Assembly (NCBI GenBank): GCA_000092065.1
Contig: CP000584.1
DNA: 64,000 nt
From: Ostreococcus lucimarinus
Taxonomy: Eukaryota
Direction: 5' to 3' (one strand)
The position numbers were made by a program, and so were the translations under genes. Shown one piece after another: positions 18,457-27,873 of this stretch (positions within the stretch are counted from its first letter, which is position 1; each line of letters begins with the position of its first letter). The notes under the pieces were generated by a model, which saw only the letters and a list, made by a program, of their open reading frames with translations, was not told where the DNA came from and searched no databases.

Positions 18457-18990
18457 CTACAGCTCGTCGCGCGCGGTTGGACACGACCCGCTCGCCGCGT
18501 CGCACGTCTCCTCCTCCGCGAACGCCGCCGCGGTGTCGAACTCCAATCCATTCAGCACAAACCACGTGTTCGCGTCGTATTCGTCCCCGACCACTATTTT
18601 CCCATCCATCGTCACCGTCAACGAGCGCTCCGCGCCCTTCATCGTCACCTTCCACGGTTCGTCTCGCGTCGGTCGCGCCTCCGCCGGCAGCGGCGTCGCC
18701 AGCGCGTCGCTCCCCGCCTCCGTCGTCGCCGTGTTCGAGAACCATCCCCTGAACCGCGCCCGTCCGCCCGCGTCGACGTAATAACTCGGTCGATCGTACG
18801 ATTTCACCGTCTCGAACGCGTCCTCGTCCAGCGCGAGCTCGCGCCAGCGCGACGCCGCGGCCGATGGCGCCGATGGCTCGACCGACGCCTCCGCCGCGGC
18901 GCGTCCGCGCGTCGCCGCGCCGAGCGCGAGCGTCACCGCGATCGCGACGCGCGTCGACCACCCCGCGCGCGCGCGCGCGCGTCGCGACAT
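18457..18990 (-). CDS. Small secreted/ER-resident protein with a signal peptide and C-terminal RDEL retrieval motif; function unknown
   Basis: MSRRARARAGWSTRVAIAVTLALGAATRGRAAAEA looks like a cleavable signal peptide. The mature region (...FETVKSYDRPSYYVDAGG...WKVTMKGAERSLTVTMDGKIVVGDEYDANTWFVLNGLEFDTAAAF...) ends in ...SGSCPTARDEL, a KDEL-type ER retrieval signal. The upstream extension of ORF 18457..19239 is trimmed away. Confidence 0.5.
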   Translation of the reverse strand: MSRRARARAGWSTRVAIAVTLALGAATRGRAAAEASVEPSAPSAAASRWRELALDEDAFETVKSYDRPSYYVDAGGRARFRGWFSNTATTEAGSDALATPLPAEARPTRDEPWKVTMKGAERSLTVTMDGKIVVGDEYDANTWFVLNGLEFDTAAAFAEEETCDAASGSCPTARDEL

Positions 18991-19697
18991 CGATCTCCGA
19001 GCGCGCGCGTGTGCCGACGCGGCGACGCGCGATGATGATATGATGGCGTTCGCGCGCGTATTATATGAACGACCCCCGTTTCGCTTGAGTCGCGAACCGT
19101 CGCAGCGAATCCGACGGATGGTCGATCCCGCGACGACGCGCGCGACACAACACGACGACGCCATGAACGCGATCACGCAAACCATCGCCAGCTCGGCCGT
19201 CCGCGTCAACGCGACGTCCGCGAACGCCAAGCGCGTCAACCGGTGCGTCGGCGACGCGAACGCGACGACGAACGCGCGATGACGCGCGCGACGCGACGAC
19301 GCGAGCGATCGCGCGATCGCGCGCGCGCGCGCGGAGATGGACGCGCGCGCGCGAGTTCTGGGCGTGGAAACGCGCGCGCGCGTGGATGAATTTGCGTCGC
19401 GTCGAACGACGCGCGCGAAGGCGAGGGAGACGGGATCGGAGACGGCGCGGGCGTCGAACGTCGATGGGGGCGCGGTGAAGCCCTATCCACTGGATAAACC
19501 GACGCGCGCGGCGGTTCGCGCGGCGAACGGGGCGTTCGTGGACGAAGGTTCGGGCGAGGATGGGTGATTCATCGCGGGCGAGGGATAGCGCGCGAGCGAG
19601 CGCGGACGTGGGATGAGGACTGACGTGATGACGCGGGTGATTTTCGAAACGCAGCGCGACGCGACTCTCCGCGACGCGCGCCGTCGCCGGCGTCCCG

Positions 19698-20015
19698 GTG
19701 AAGAGGTGCGCGGAGGCGATTTTCGCGAACGCGCGCGGTGTCGTCGTCTTTCGTGTGCGAAGTGGGATAACGCCTGAACGCAGACTGACGTTTGATTATT
19801 TTTTCGTACGACGCAGCGCCCGTGTCGCGCCGCGCAAGTCCGTCCGCGGCGGCGCCGCCGTGACCAAGGCTTCCATGGTTGAGGTTGCGCAAATCGCCAA
19901 CCAGGGTGCGGAGATTGCGTCTATCGCCACGACGTGCTTCATCATCACCCTCATCGGTCTCGCCTTCGGTTTTGTGCTCCTTCGCGTCGAGGACTCCGTC
20001 GTGAACGGCGAATAA
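19698..20015 (+). CDS. PETM: Cytochrome b6-f complex subunit VII (PetM), nuclear-encoded; last exon plus an in-frame upstream extension
   Basis: The C-terminus MVEVAQIANQGAEIASIATTCFIITLIGLAFGFVLLRVEDSVVNGE matches PetM (spinach ..[34 protein letters not shown]). The in-frame extension back to 19698 (RSARVAPRKSVRGGAAVTKAS) resembles a transit-peptide tail but has no ATG. A candidate 62-nt GTGCGA...CAG intron with a T-rich tract lies at about 19755-19816. Exon 1 with the ATG is unresolved. Confidence 0.55.
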   Translation: MKRCAEAIFANARGVVVFRVRSGITPERRLTFDYFFVRRSARVAPRKSVRGGAAVTKASMVEVAQIANQGAEIASIATTCFIITLIGLAFGFVLLRVEDSVVNGE

Positions 20016-20273
20016 ACGCTCGTCGATCGGTTTTGACCACGGCGGCGTTCGGAGGGCGATTTGTTTGATTTTTGCTCAGCGAGTAGCGACGTCGCGCGCC
20101 ACGCGTGCGGCGACACATAGAAGCGATAAATATTACATCACACGATGTGCGTAACCACCGCGTTTTCCACGCACCAGCGCCCGCGTCCGTCGCCGAGCCG
20201 TTCGCCGACTCTCGCGCGTCTCGTCTCGCGCGAGGCGCGAGGCACACGCCGCGTCCGCACTTCAGAGCGTGAG

Positions 20274-20833
20274 ATGGAGTCCGTGTGGTGCCACGACTGC
20301 GCTCGGCGCGTGCACGTCGCCGCCGCGGCGCTGGATCAGGGCTCGCGAGACGCCAAGTGCCCGTCCTGCGACGGCATCTTTCTCGAGCGCGCCGAGTCGT
20401 CGTCCGCTGCCGCGCCCGCGCGCGGTCAAAGGACGGGCATCTCCGTCGTCTTCGGTCCCGCGTTCGTCGCGCACGGCGACGGCGCGTTCGGCGACTTTGA
20501 CTTCACGCAGTTGGACACGCGAAACTTCGACGCGCCGTGCGACGCGCGCGCGGTGGAGGCGCTTCCGGAGCGCGCGTGGGACGGCGGCGACGAGAAGACG
20601 TGCTCGGTGTGCCTCAGCGAGTTCGCGCGCGGCGATCGCGTGAAAACGATACCGAAGTGCTCGCATGAGTTTCATTTGAATTGTTTGACGGAGTGGTTGA
20701 AACTGGTGCGTGCGCGACGACGCGCGAGGATGAACGGATGGCGCGGACTGACGACGAATATAGCGCGATACGTGTCCGGTGTGCAGATGCAAGGTGTGCG
20801 ACGATGGCGTGGCGACGACGACGACGGCGTGAG
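20274..20833 (+). CDS. RING-H2 E3 ubiquitin ligase with N-terminal zinc ribbon (RNF126/BCA2-like); 2 exons
   Basis: The N-terminus MESVWCHDCARRVHV...CPSCDGIFLE is a zinc ribbon. The RING-H2 core is CSVCLSEFARGDRVKTIPKCSHEFHLNCLTEWLKL. A 59-nt intron (about 20706-20764) starts GTGCGT and ends ATATAG. Exon 2 supplies RDTCPVCRCKVCDDGVATTTTA-stop and completes the RING. The unspliced ORF 20145..20915 lacks the final CxxC. The table start 20145 was trimmed to the Met MESVW. Confidence 0.75.
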
Positions 20834-21048
20834 CGCGCGCGGGAGTACAAACAAACATAGCGATATAGATAGTCACCGCTTCGTGACTTTGCGAGCGAAA
20901 TGCAATGCGATTTAGACGAGCGCCGCGCGATATGATTTCGACGACTCCGTTCGATTACAACCGCTTCTCAAACGACGGTATCGCCGCCTGAGAAGCCAAT
21001 ATATCCACTAAGTAGAACTCGCTAAGATTGATCATTCACGCCCTGCGC

Positions 21049-21738
21049 TTACTTGCCTTCCTTGGCGGCTTGGAGCTTGAGCACTTTCTGTTTCGAGGAA
21101 AATCGCGTTCGTCGCGTGGGTTAGTCGCCGCGCTCGTCGTCGTCGCTTCACATCGCCTTTACACGCGCACAAACCGCTCGCAATGCGACGCACCTTGACA
21201 ATCTTTTGCTCCTCGACGAGGAACGCGCGCACGATGCGCTCACGAACCGCGCCAGCGGACAAGACGCCGCCGTACGCGCGCGTCACGCTCTTCTTGTTCT
21301 TGGACATGTGCTTGCGGCTATACTTTTGCGTCGCCACGCGCGGAACCTATCGATCGCGGACCATCAACGCGCGTCAACGTCAGTCAAAATGCTCTTCACC
21401 GCACGCGTCCTCCCTCGCGCGCGTTTGCGTCGCGCGCGCGTCGCGTCGACGACATCGATCGCGACGAAAGCCCTAGCGCGTCGACACCGATCGACATCGC
21501 CGCGCCCTCGCGCGCCTCTTCGCGCGCTCCCGCGCCCGCGCCCGCGAATCGACGACGAGTAATTATCCACACGCACCCCGTGAATGCGACCGGCATCACC
21601 AGCCGGCGTTTGCGCGCCCTTGGTCGTCTTCTTGACGTAGGCGATGCCCAAAGACCCGCCGGGCAATCGCTTCTTGACGATCTTGTTCGAGCGCGTGTTG
21701 TACGCGTGGCGTCGCTTGTACGTGATACGGGGCGCCAT
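21049..21738 (-). CDS. RPL34: 60S ribosomal protein L34e (eL34); 3 exons
   Basis: Exon 1 (about 21577-21738) is [54 protein letters not shown]. Exon 2 (about 21194-21346) is [51 protein letters not shown]. Exon 3 (about 21049-21087) is [12 protein letters not shown]-stop. Introns of about 230 and 106 nt both start GTGCGT and end with pyrimidine-rich ...AG. The spliced product is colinear with eL34. The unspliced ORFs 21364..21855 and 21032..21337 carry junk tails. Confidence 0.85.
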
Positions 21739-21952
21739 GTTTGTTTTCGTGCGTTTGGTGTCGCGCGGGAGCGAGCGAGGCGCAAAGAGACGGATTGTGC
21801 GCGCGATTGCTTCGTTTTGGTACCCGCGATCGAGTACAGGGTTGTGGGAACACATGTGCGCGCCGCGGCGCTTGATAAGTTAATACACGAGCTAGCGCGC
21901 GCGCGAGGACTAAACAACGCGCGCTTACGCGCGGGAAAATCACACAATCAAA

Positions 21953-23440
21953 TCACGGAAACCCTAAATCGCTCTCTTCATGGTCGTCGTCGTGGACGTA
22001 ACGCGATGGATGCGACGGGCGGCGCCAGAGCTTGATTTCGTTGAGCGTCGCGGTGAGCGCGGCTTCGGCGGTGAAACGCACGGCGGTGACGGGCGAGGTG
22101 TGGAGCTTGTGGGTCATGATAGGGACGAGACGTTCAACCTCGTCGCGATGGGCGGACTGAACGATGTTAGCGTCGGGGCCGACGAAAGAGGGCGCGCGAC
22201 GAGACGCGCGCGCGGCGCCGACGGAGAGTCGCGAGGCTTGGTCCGCGAGCGTGGCGGTGTTCGAGTCGCGCGCCGCGGTTTCGCCGAAGTCGTCGTCTTC
22301 GGGGAAATGCCAGTCCCAGAACGCCACTCGACAGTCCTCGCCCACGGAGGCGATTCGAAGGAAGCGATGACCTTCGCCGGCGGCGCGCTCGTCCACGGCG
22401 ACGTCGGTGATCCAGCTGCGATGGCCGCCGCACCCCCACGCGACGACTTCTCGCTCGTACAACCCCCATATTTCGAGCATATCGCTCTCACCACCAGCTA
22501 TGACGTACCGACCGCACGGGCTCCAAGTCACGGCGTTGAAACCGGCGTAGTAGGACTTGAAGCCGGCGACGATGTTCGGCCTGTCGAGCTCGACGTCCAA
22601 CACGCGACACATCCCCGCCCCATTCACGACGACTAAATAACGACAATCGGGAGAAAATGCCGCGGCATTCAGCGTATGTCGTCCGAAATGCCATCGCGCG
22701 CTCGGATTCGACCCGGGAACTTGCGACGCGGCGACGCTCAGCGCCGACGCGTCCGCCAACGCCTCAAACTTTGCCGCGACGACATCCTTCGACGAATCGT
22801 ACGTGTACATGCTCCCATCGGCGTGCAACGACACGAAATCGAACCCCGTCGCGAGGTTCTCCTTATCGTCCCCTCTCGTTCGCCACCGCACGCACGTCGT
22901 CCTCGACGCGTTCACCCCGTCGCCGTCCGCGTTCCATCGCGTCGTCGTCGCCGTCGCCCGCTTCGCCTTCTCCCCCAACCATCTCCCCAAATCCACCCCA
23001 CACACCTCCCCGTTCGCCAATCCGACGAGCAAATCGCATCGTTCGCCCTCCTCTTTCGCCCTCCACGCCAGCGACGTCACGCACGCGCCTCCGAACGTCA
23101 CGCTCGCCGCCGTCTTCGCGTCGTTCGCCTCGTCCAACGCCATCGCGCGCACCCCCTCTCCCGCGTTCACCAGCGCGTACCGCCGCCCCTCCACCGTCGC
23201 CACCTCCACGCGCTGTCGATTTCTCGCGTCGTACGCCTCGCGCGCGCCCGCGCCTCGCGCGCGCGCCCCCGCGCGTCGCAGCGACACCGCGCGCTCCAGG
23301 TTGTACCGCCCCTCGGGCGTCTTGAAGCAATCGCGCGCGTCGCCGCGCTCGCGCGCGCGGTCGAGCGACGTCGACGCGCGCGTCGCGTCGTCGAGCGACG
23401 CGCGCGCGCGCGACGGCGCGTCGAGCGACGCGCGCGGCAT
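21953..23440 (-). CDS. WD40-repeat protein (WDR20-like?)
   Basis: The C-terminal 500 aa of ORF 21953..24610 show WD repeats (...VTWSPCGRYVIAGGESDMLEIWGLYEREVVAWGCGGHRSWITDVAVDE...FLRIASVGEDCRVAFWDW...). An ATG lies at about 23438-23440 (MPRASLDAPS...). The 5' end of the CDS contains an ASLD-type tandem repeat (23340-23440). The further N-terminal extension to 24610 is a spurious R/A/S-rich read-through overlapping the + strand GDT1 gene. Confidence 0.65.
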   Translation of the reverse strand: MPRASLDAPSRARASLDDATRASTSLDRARERGDARDCFKTPEGRYNLERAVSLRRAGARARGAGAREAYDARNRQRVEVATVEGRRYALVNAGEGVRAMALDEANDAKTAASVTFGGACVTSLAWRAKEEGERCDLLVGLANGEVCGVDLGRWLGEKAKRATATTTRWNADGDGVNASRTTCVRWRTRGDDKENLATGFDFVSLHADGSMYTYDSSKDVVAAKFEALADASALSVAASQVPGSNPSARWHFGRHTLNAAAFSPDCRYLVVVNGAGMCRVLDVELDRPNIVAGFKSYYAGFNAVTWSPCGRYVIAGGESDMLEIWGLYEREVVAWGCGGHRSWITDVAVDERAAGEGHRFLRIASVGEDCRVAFWDWHFPEDDDFGETAARDSNTATLADQASRLSVGAARASRRAPSFVGPDANIVQSAHRDEVERLVPIMTHKLHTSPVTAVRFTAEAALTATLNEIKLWRRPSHPSRYVHDDDHEESDLGFP

Positions 23441-23625
23441 CGCGCGGCGGAGTGTCGCCGTCGCGTCTCGCCCCGCAGACGGCGACGCGATGGCGACCGC
23501 GGACGCGCGCGTCGACGCGTCGAGCGACGCCGACGCCGACGCCGACGCCGATGCGTCGTCGCCGACGCCGACGGCGCGCCGCCGCGACGGCGCGCCGCCG
23601 ACGCGACGCGCGCGGCGCGACGCGA

Positions 23626-23942
23626 TGGCGACGGACGCATCGAACGCGGACGACGCGCGCGGCGCGCGACGACCGAGCGACGACGCGCTGGCGCGCGCGT
23701 ACGAACTCCTGGACGCGCGCGGACGCGGATATTTCACCGCGCGCGACGTGCGGCGCGTGGCGGACGCGAACGGGTTCGCGGACTGGTCGGACGAGCGCGT
23801 GCGCGCGATGGTGTCGGCGTTCAAGCCCGAGGTCGAGCGGCGCGTCACGCGCGACGGCGCGGACGAGAGTTTGTTTAGAATGAGTAGAGTAGAGTTTGAG
23901 CGCGCGGTCGCGCGCGCGGGGGCGCGCGCGCCGCGCGCGTGA
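23626..23942 (+). CDS. Possible small EF-hand-like protein (weak)
   Basis: The tail of ORF 22803..23942 reads MATDASNADD...AYELLDARGRGYFTARDVRRVADANGFADWSDERVRAMVSAFKPEVERRVTRDGADESLFRMSRVEFERAV. This is EF-hand-like in spacing with non-canonical loops. It sits between the WD40 start and the GDT1 start. Confidence 0.25.
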
Positions 23943-24020
23943 TTGAAACGTACGACGGAGGCGCGCGCGCGCTCGAACGACTTCGGCGACGACGACGCGC
24001 GACACTCGACGACGCCGCCG

Positions 24021-24878
24021 ATGATGGCGCCGCGCGAGCGCGCGAGGACGATGTCTCGCGCGAGCGCGCGATCCCGCGCCGCGGTCGTCGCGGTGGTTTT
24101 CGCGGCGTGCGCGCTGTGCGGCGTCGTCGACGCCGCGCGCTTATCCGCCGCGGATCGCGCGGGCGACGACCTCACCGCGCTCGGCGCGGACGCCGTGCCC
24201 GAGGGCGACGGCGGATTCAACGACGGGTTCGTGTCTTCGCTCGGCATGGTGCTCGTGAGCGAACTCGGGGACGAGACGTTCATCATCGCCGCCATCATGG
24301 CGATGCGAAACTCGCGAGGCGTCGTCCTCGCGGGCGGGCTGTGCGCGCTCACCATCATGACCGTGCTGTCCGTCATGCTCGGGTTGGTGGTGCCGCAGTT
24401 GATTAGTAAAGAGACGGTGAGTAAGGCGGCGTTCGTTTTGTACACGTTCTTTGGATGTCGGTTGATGTACTTGGCGTACAAATCGGACGGCGCGGCGTCG
24501 ATGACGGGGGAAATCGAAGAGGTTGAAGAAAAGTTGGAAAAGGGAACGTCCGTGAGCACGCGCACGCGCGTGGCGCGTGTTTTGGCCAAGATTTCGTCCC
24601 CAGTGTTCATCGAAGCCTTTGTGCTGATCTTTTTGGCCGAGTGGGGTGACAGAAGTCAGATCACGACCATCGCGTTGGCGACGCATAAAAACCCGTACGG
24701 CGTCGCCATCGGCGGTATCCTGGGCCACACGTTCTGCACCTCCTTGGCGGTTGCTGGAGGCAGAATCGTCGCCATGAAGATTTCCCCTCGAACGGTGTCG
24801 TTCGTCGGTGGTATTCTCTTCTTCGGTTTCGCGTTGCACGCGCTTTATTTCGGCGCGCCCGGAACTGAGCACATGTGA
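24021..24878 (+). CDS. GDT1/TMEM165/UPF0016 family cation (Ca2+/Mn2+) transporter (PAM71-like)
   Basis: The two signature E-x-G-D-(K/R)-(T/S) motifs are present (ELGDETF and EWGDRSQ) in two homologous 3-TM halves, with a signal/transit N-terminus. The first ATG is at about 24021 (MMAPRER). The ORF-table start 23943 is a TTG. Confidence 0.85.
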   Translation: MMAPRERARTMSRASARSRAAVVAVVFAACALCGVVDAARLSAADRAGDDLTALGADAVPEGDGGFNDGFVSSLGMVLVSELGDETFIIAAIMAMRNSRGVVLAGGLCALTIMTVLSVMLGLVVPQLISKETVSKAAFVLYTFFGCRLMYLAYKSDGAASMTGEIEEVEEKLEKGTSVSTRTRVARVLAKISSPVFIEAFVLIFLAEWGDRSQITTIALATHKNPYGVAIGGILGHTFCTSLAVAGGRIVAMKISPRTVSFVGGILFFGFALHALYFGAPGTEHM

Positions 24879-25012
24879 GCGAAGCGCTCCGGCTTGACAA
24901 TAGCGATCACCGTAGTTTTTTAGAAGCGCGCCACACGGTGCGATGATTGAAAGCAATTCATATGGTTAATAAATCAAGCGATAACTACCAGTACTAGACA
25001 TCGATGGCGACT

Positions 25013-25708
25013 CTAAGAGCGATCTCTCTCGTCTTTGTTCTTTTGCATTTCGTCGATGAAGCGGTCGATGGCTGTCACCATCTCTAAGTTCACCTCATAC
25101 TCCGCCTTGAGCTCCTCCGTCGCGTCCGGCGACTCGTACATGTCTTGCAAGAACGAAACCATGTATTCGTACTCCTCCTTCGTGAATAACAGCGCGGCTT
25201 CCGCGACAGCGGACGTCGCCAACAAGCTCTGCCGCTTCAACTGCGGCGGCAAATCGTGAAACTTCTTGTAGCAGTTCCCGATTCGTTCCCAGTCCCCGTC
25301 GATCATGCTCTCGCACAAGATGCGCAAGTGCACATCAATGATCGTGCTGCACGTCGTGAGATCGCCTTCGTACACTTGCGTGTACACTTCCACCACGCTC
25401 AGTTCGTTCACCGCGTCGTACGTCGTCGTCGCCCCCAGCAGCGCCGCCGCCTGGAACCTCGCGTTCACGCTCGAGTCCCCGACGTTCGTCGCGCACGCGG
25501 CGATGAGCTTCGACTCGAGCTGCGCCCACCCGAGGACGTCGTCGTGCTCGATGATCTTCGCGGGCGCGTCCGGGAACTGCCGAAGCGCCGCGTTCGCGGG
25601 CGCCTCCGCCGTCGCGGCGAACGGTTTGGCGACGCGCGCGCGGTGCGCGCGCGATGCGCGCGCGATTCGCGCGGTCGGAGTGAAAACGGACGCACGCGCG
25701 GTGCTCAT
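25013..25708 (-). CDS. Hypothetical protein with an N-terminal transit-peptide-like region (possibly plastid)
   Basis: MSTARASVFTPTARIARASRAHRARVAKPFAATAEA is followed by a well-behaved domain: ...KIIEHDDVLGWAQLESKLIAACATNVGDSS...DGDWERIGNCYKKFHDLPPQLKRQSLLATSAVAEAALLFTKEEYEYMVSFLQDMYESPDATEELKAEY.. I recognise no family. Confidence 0.5.
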   Translation of the reverse strand: MSTARASVFTPTARIARASRAHRARVAKPFAATAEAPANAALRQFPDAPAKIIEHDDVLGWAQLESKLIAACATNVGDSSVNARFQAAALLGATTTYDAVNELSVVEVYTQVYEGDLTTCSTIIDVHLRILCESMIDGDWERIGNCYKKFHDLPPQLKRQSLLATSAVAEAALLFTKEEYEYMVSFLQDMYESPDATEELKAEYEVNLEMVTAIDRFIDEMQKNKDERDRS

Positions 25709-25975
25709 CGTTCGTCTCGAGGCGCGCGAGGGCGCGGACGGGCGCGAGCACGGCGCGATGTGCGGATAAGATGCGAGTCGCTCTGACGTCATTTCCAGTG
25801 TGCCAGACGCCGTGAGAGCGGACGCGCCGATCGTGTCGCGAAACGATGGATTGCGGGACGAAAGCGAAGCGAAACGGGTGATGTGAAACTTGCGAGCGTT
25901 GCAAATATGTTGGTCTAGCGTACAACCCGTCGCGCGCGACGGGGAAAGAATCGCTCGCCTCGGCGAGGCGAATCG

Positions 25976-27043
25976 TCATCCATACTTCGGCTTCCAAACC
26001 TTTTCGAACCAATCTCTGGTTTTCGCCCACGCCTCGTCGGGGGTGTAGATCGGCTCGTACCCGAGATCGTTTTTCGCGGCCTCGATGTTGAACCATCTGT
26101 TGATGAGCAACATGCGCACGGAGAACGGAGTAAGTTTGAACTTTTTGCCGCACAGGTAGCCGACGGCGTCGCACGCGTACGCGAGCGGCATCATGAAAGT
26201 CCAACCGGGAAGCTTGAACTTGTTCTTCAACGACGGATAGCCGAGTTCGACGAATGCGCGATCCAAGAAGTCCCACAGCTTGACCGGCTCACCGTCGGTG
26301 CAAATGTAAAACTTCTTCAACGCCGGCGAATTTGGATACAACGCTCGCTCGCCCAAAATCAACCCGTGGCAATAATTATCCACGTAACACACGCTGATCA
26401 AGTTTTCCCCGTTCCCGAAAATCCTCAACCTCTTGGCGTTGATCAGGAAGTTGTGCATGAACAGCATATCCCTCGGTCCGTACACCTGATGCGGCGCCAC
26501 GGCGACGCTAAAAAACGTCTTCCCGTCGCACGCGTCCATCATCGCCTGCTCACCCATCGCCTTACTCTCCGCGTACTCCTGCAAGAACACCTTCGGGAAA
26601 CCCAATTCGCTCTCTCGCTTTCCATTGATATCGTTCCCATCGAACCGCGTCGAGGGCGACGACGACATCACGCACTTCGTAATCCCGTGCTTTTTGCACG
26701 CCGCGATCACGTTCAGCGTCCCCACGCGATTCACCGCGTCGTACAGCTCGCGCTTATGATACGGCCCGACCAGCGCCGCGATGTGCCACACGCACTCCGC
26801 GCCCTCGAACGCTCGATCGACGTCATCGGGCTTCGTGAGATCGCCCTGAAACCACACGATGCGGTCGTCGTCCTCGGCGTCGCTCGGCCTCGGCGCGACG
26901 TCGAACGCCACCACGCGCTCGGCGCCGCGCTCGACGAGCATCTCGACCAGGCGACGGCCGACGAAGCCCATGCCGCCGGTGACGACGCATCGCTTGGGGA
27001 CGGGCGGGAAGGCGGCGGGGACGGATTTCTTCGACCTCGCCAT
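25976..27043 (-). CDS. NSDHL: 3-beta-hydroxysteroid dehydrogenase/decarboxylase (NSDHL-like, NAD-dependent epimerase/dehydratase fold)
   Basis: The 355-aa ORF has the Rossmann motif CVVTGGMGFVGRRLVEMLVERG and the catalytic YAESK. Overall it is colinear with sterol-4-alpha-carboxylate 3-dehydrogenases. Confidence 0.75.
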   Translation of the reverse strand: MARSKKSVPAAFPPVPKRCVVTGGMGFVGRRLVEMLVERGAERVVAFDVAPRPSDAEDDDRIVWFQGDLTKPDDVDRAFEGAECVWHIAALVGPYHKRELYDAVNRVGTLNVIAACKKHGITKCVMSSSPSTRFDGNDINGKRESELGFPKVFLQEYAESKAMGEQAMMDACDGKTFFSVAVAPHQVYGPRDMLFMHNFLINAKRLRIFGNGENLISVCYVDNYCHGLILGERALYPNSPALKKFYICTDGEPVKLWDFLDRAFVELGYPSLKNKFKLPGWTFMMPLAYACDAVGYLCGKKFKLTPFSVRMLLINRWFNIEAAKNDLGYEPIYTPDEAWAKTRDWFEKVWKPKYG

Positions 27044-27211
27044 CGCGCGAGGCGAACAGTGCGGCGAAGAGCGAGCGCGCGCGAGCGACGTCGACGAGCG
27101 CGCGTTCGGCTAAGAAGAGTTCGTGATGATGATCAACGCTACCTAGGATTGTGATCTCTCCGGATGAGTGGCTAATTCTATCGCGCGCGCGGCCGGCGCT
27201 CGTCTCTGCGC

Positions 27212-27702
27212 TCACGGCGCGCTCGGCGCCGTCGCGGAGTCGATGGCCGACTTCGCCGCTTTCAAACGCTCCTTCAACTCCAACGCGAACACGCTCTTTA
27301 AATCTTGATCGCGCGTGCGCAAGATGTACTCGTCCAACCCGCCGGCTTTGTCCATGCAGCGGAGCGCGTGCGCGGTGACGCGCATCGGGATCATCTCCTC
27401 CAGGAGTTCGCTGTACACTCGCTTCTTTTGCGCGTTCGGAAGCCATCGACGGCGAGTTCTGCGCGCGCGAAAATGCGACACGAATCGTTAGTCGATGACC
27501 GGCGGCGCGGCGGCGCGCCGAGACCGTGCGTCGGGGCGGTGAGATCGCTCGAACGCGACGCGAACACGCACTTGTTGCCCCCGTCCTCGCTCACGTTGTT
27601 GCCGAATTTGATGTGTTTACCCGCGAACAGACCGCGGCGCGCCTTGCCTTGCACCACGCGCGCGAGGGCGCGTCGCACGGCGGGCGCGAGCTCGGTGGAC
27701 AT
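27212..27702 (-). CDS. MRPL28: Mitochondrial ribosomal protein bL28m; 2 exons
   Basis: Exon 1 (about 27572-27702) is MSTELAPAVRRALARVVQGKARRGLFAGKHIKFGNNVSEDGGNK. Exon 2 (about 27212-27459) is TRRRWLPNAQKKRVYSELLEEMIPMRVTAHALRCMDKAGGLDEYILRT... The 112-nt intron starts GTGCGT and ends ...CGCGCAG. The spliced junction GGNK-TRRRW matches the bL28 consensus (GNxxSxxxxKTRRxWxPN). Confidence 0.75.
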
Positions 27703-27873
27703 CGAGGCGCGGCGCGGACGTGTGCGGTGAGGTATCGTTTTCGTGGGTGATATCGTACAGCGCGAGCTAGGTATGAGTGAATGAATGTTTCGTTTGTGCG
27801 CGCGACGCGCCGTGCGGTTTCGGTGGCGACCTCGGCGAGTGTTTCACGTTCGAGCGCGACGACTTGCGTCTCC

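Noticed and set aside
20930-21010. A GTTCGATT string resembling a tRNA T-loop
   Set aside because: No complementary T-stem, acceptor stem or anticodon arm could be assembled around it. No tRNA, rRNA or snRNA was recognised anywhere in the window.
23441-24610. N-terminal 390 aa of ORF 21953..24610 as part of the WD40 protein
   Set aside because: It is S/A/R-rich and repetitive, and it overlaps the convincing + strand GDT1 gene and the EF-hand-like ORF. The WD40 gene most likely starts at the Met near 23440.
24900-25010. AATAAA (ggttaataaatcaag) between the convergent GDT1 and hypothetical genes as a poly(A) signal
   Set aside because: This is a single occurrence. Algae of this group more likely use TGTAA-type signals, so it is insufficient to call a terminator feature.
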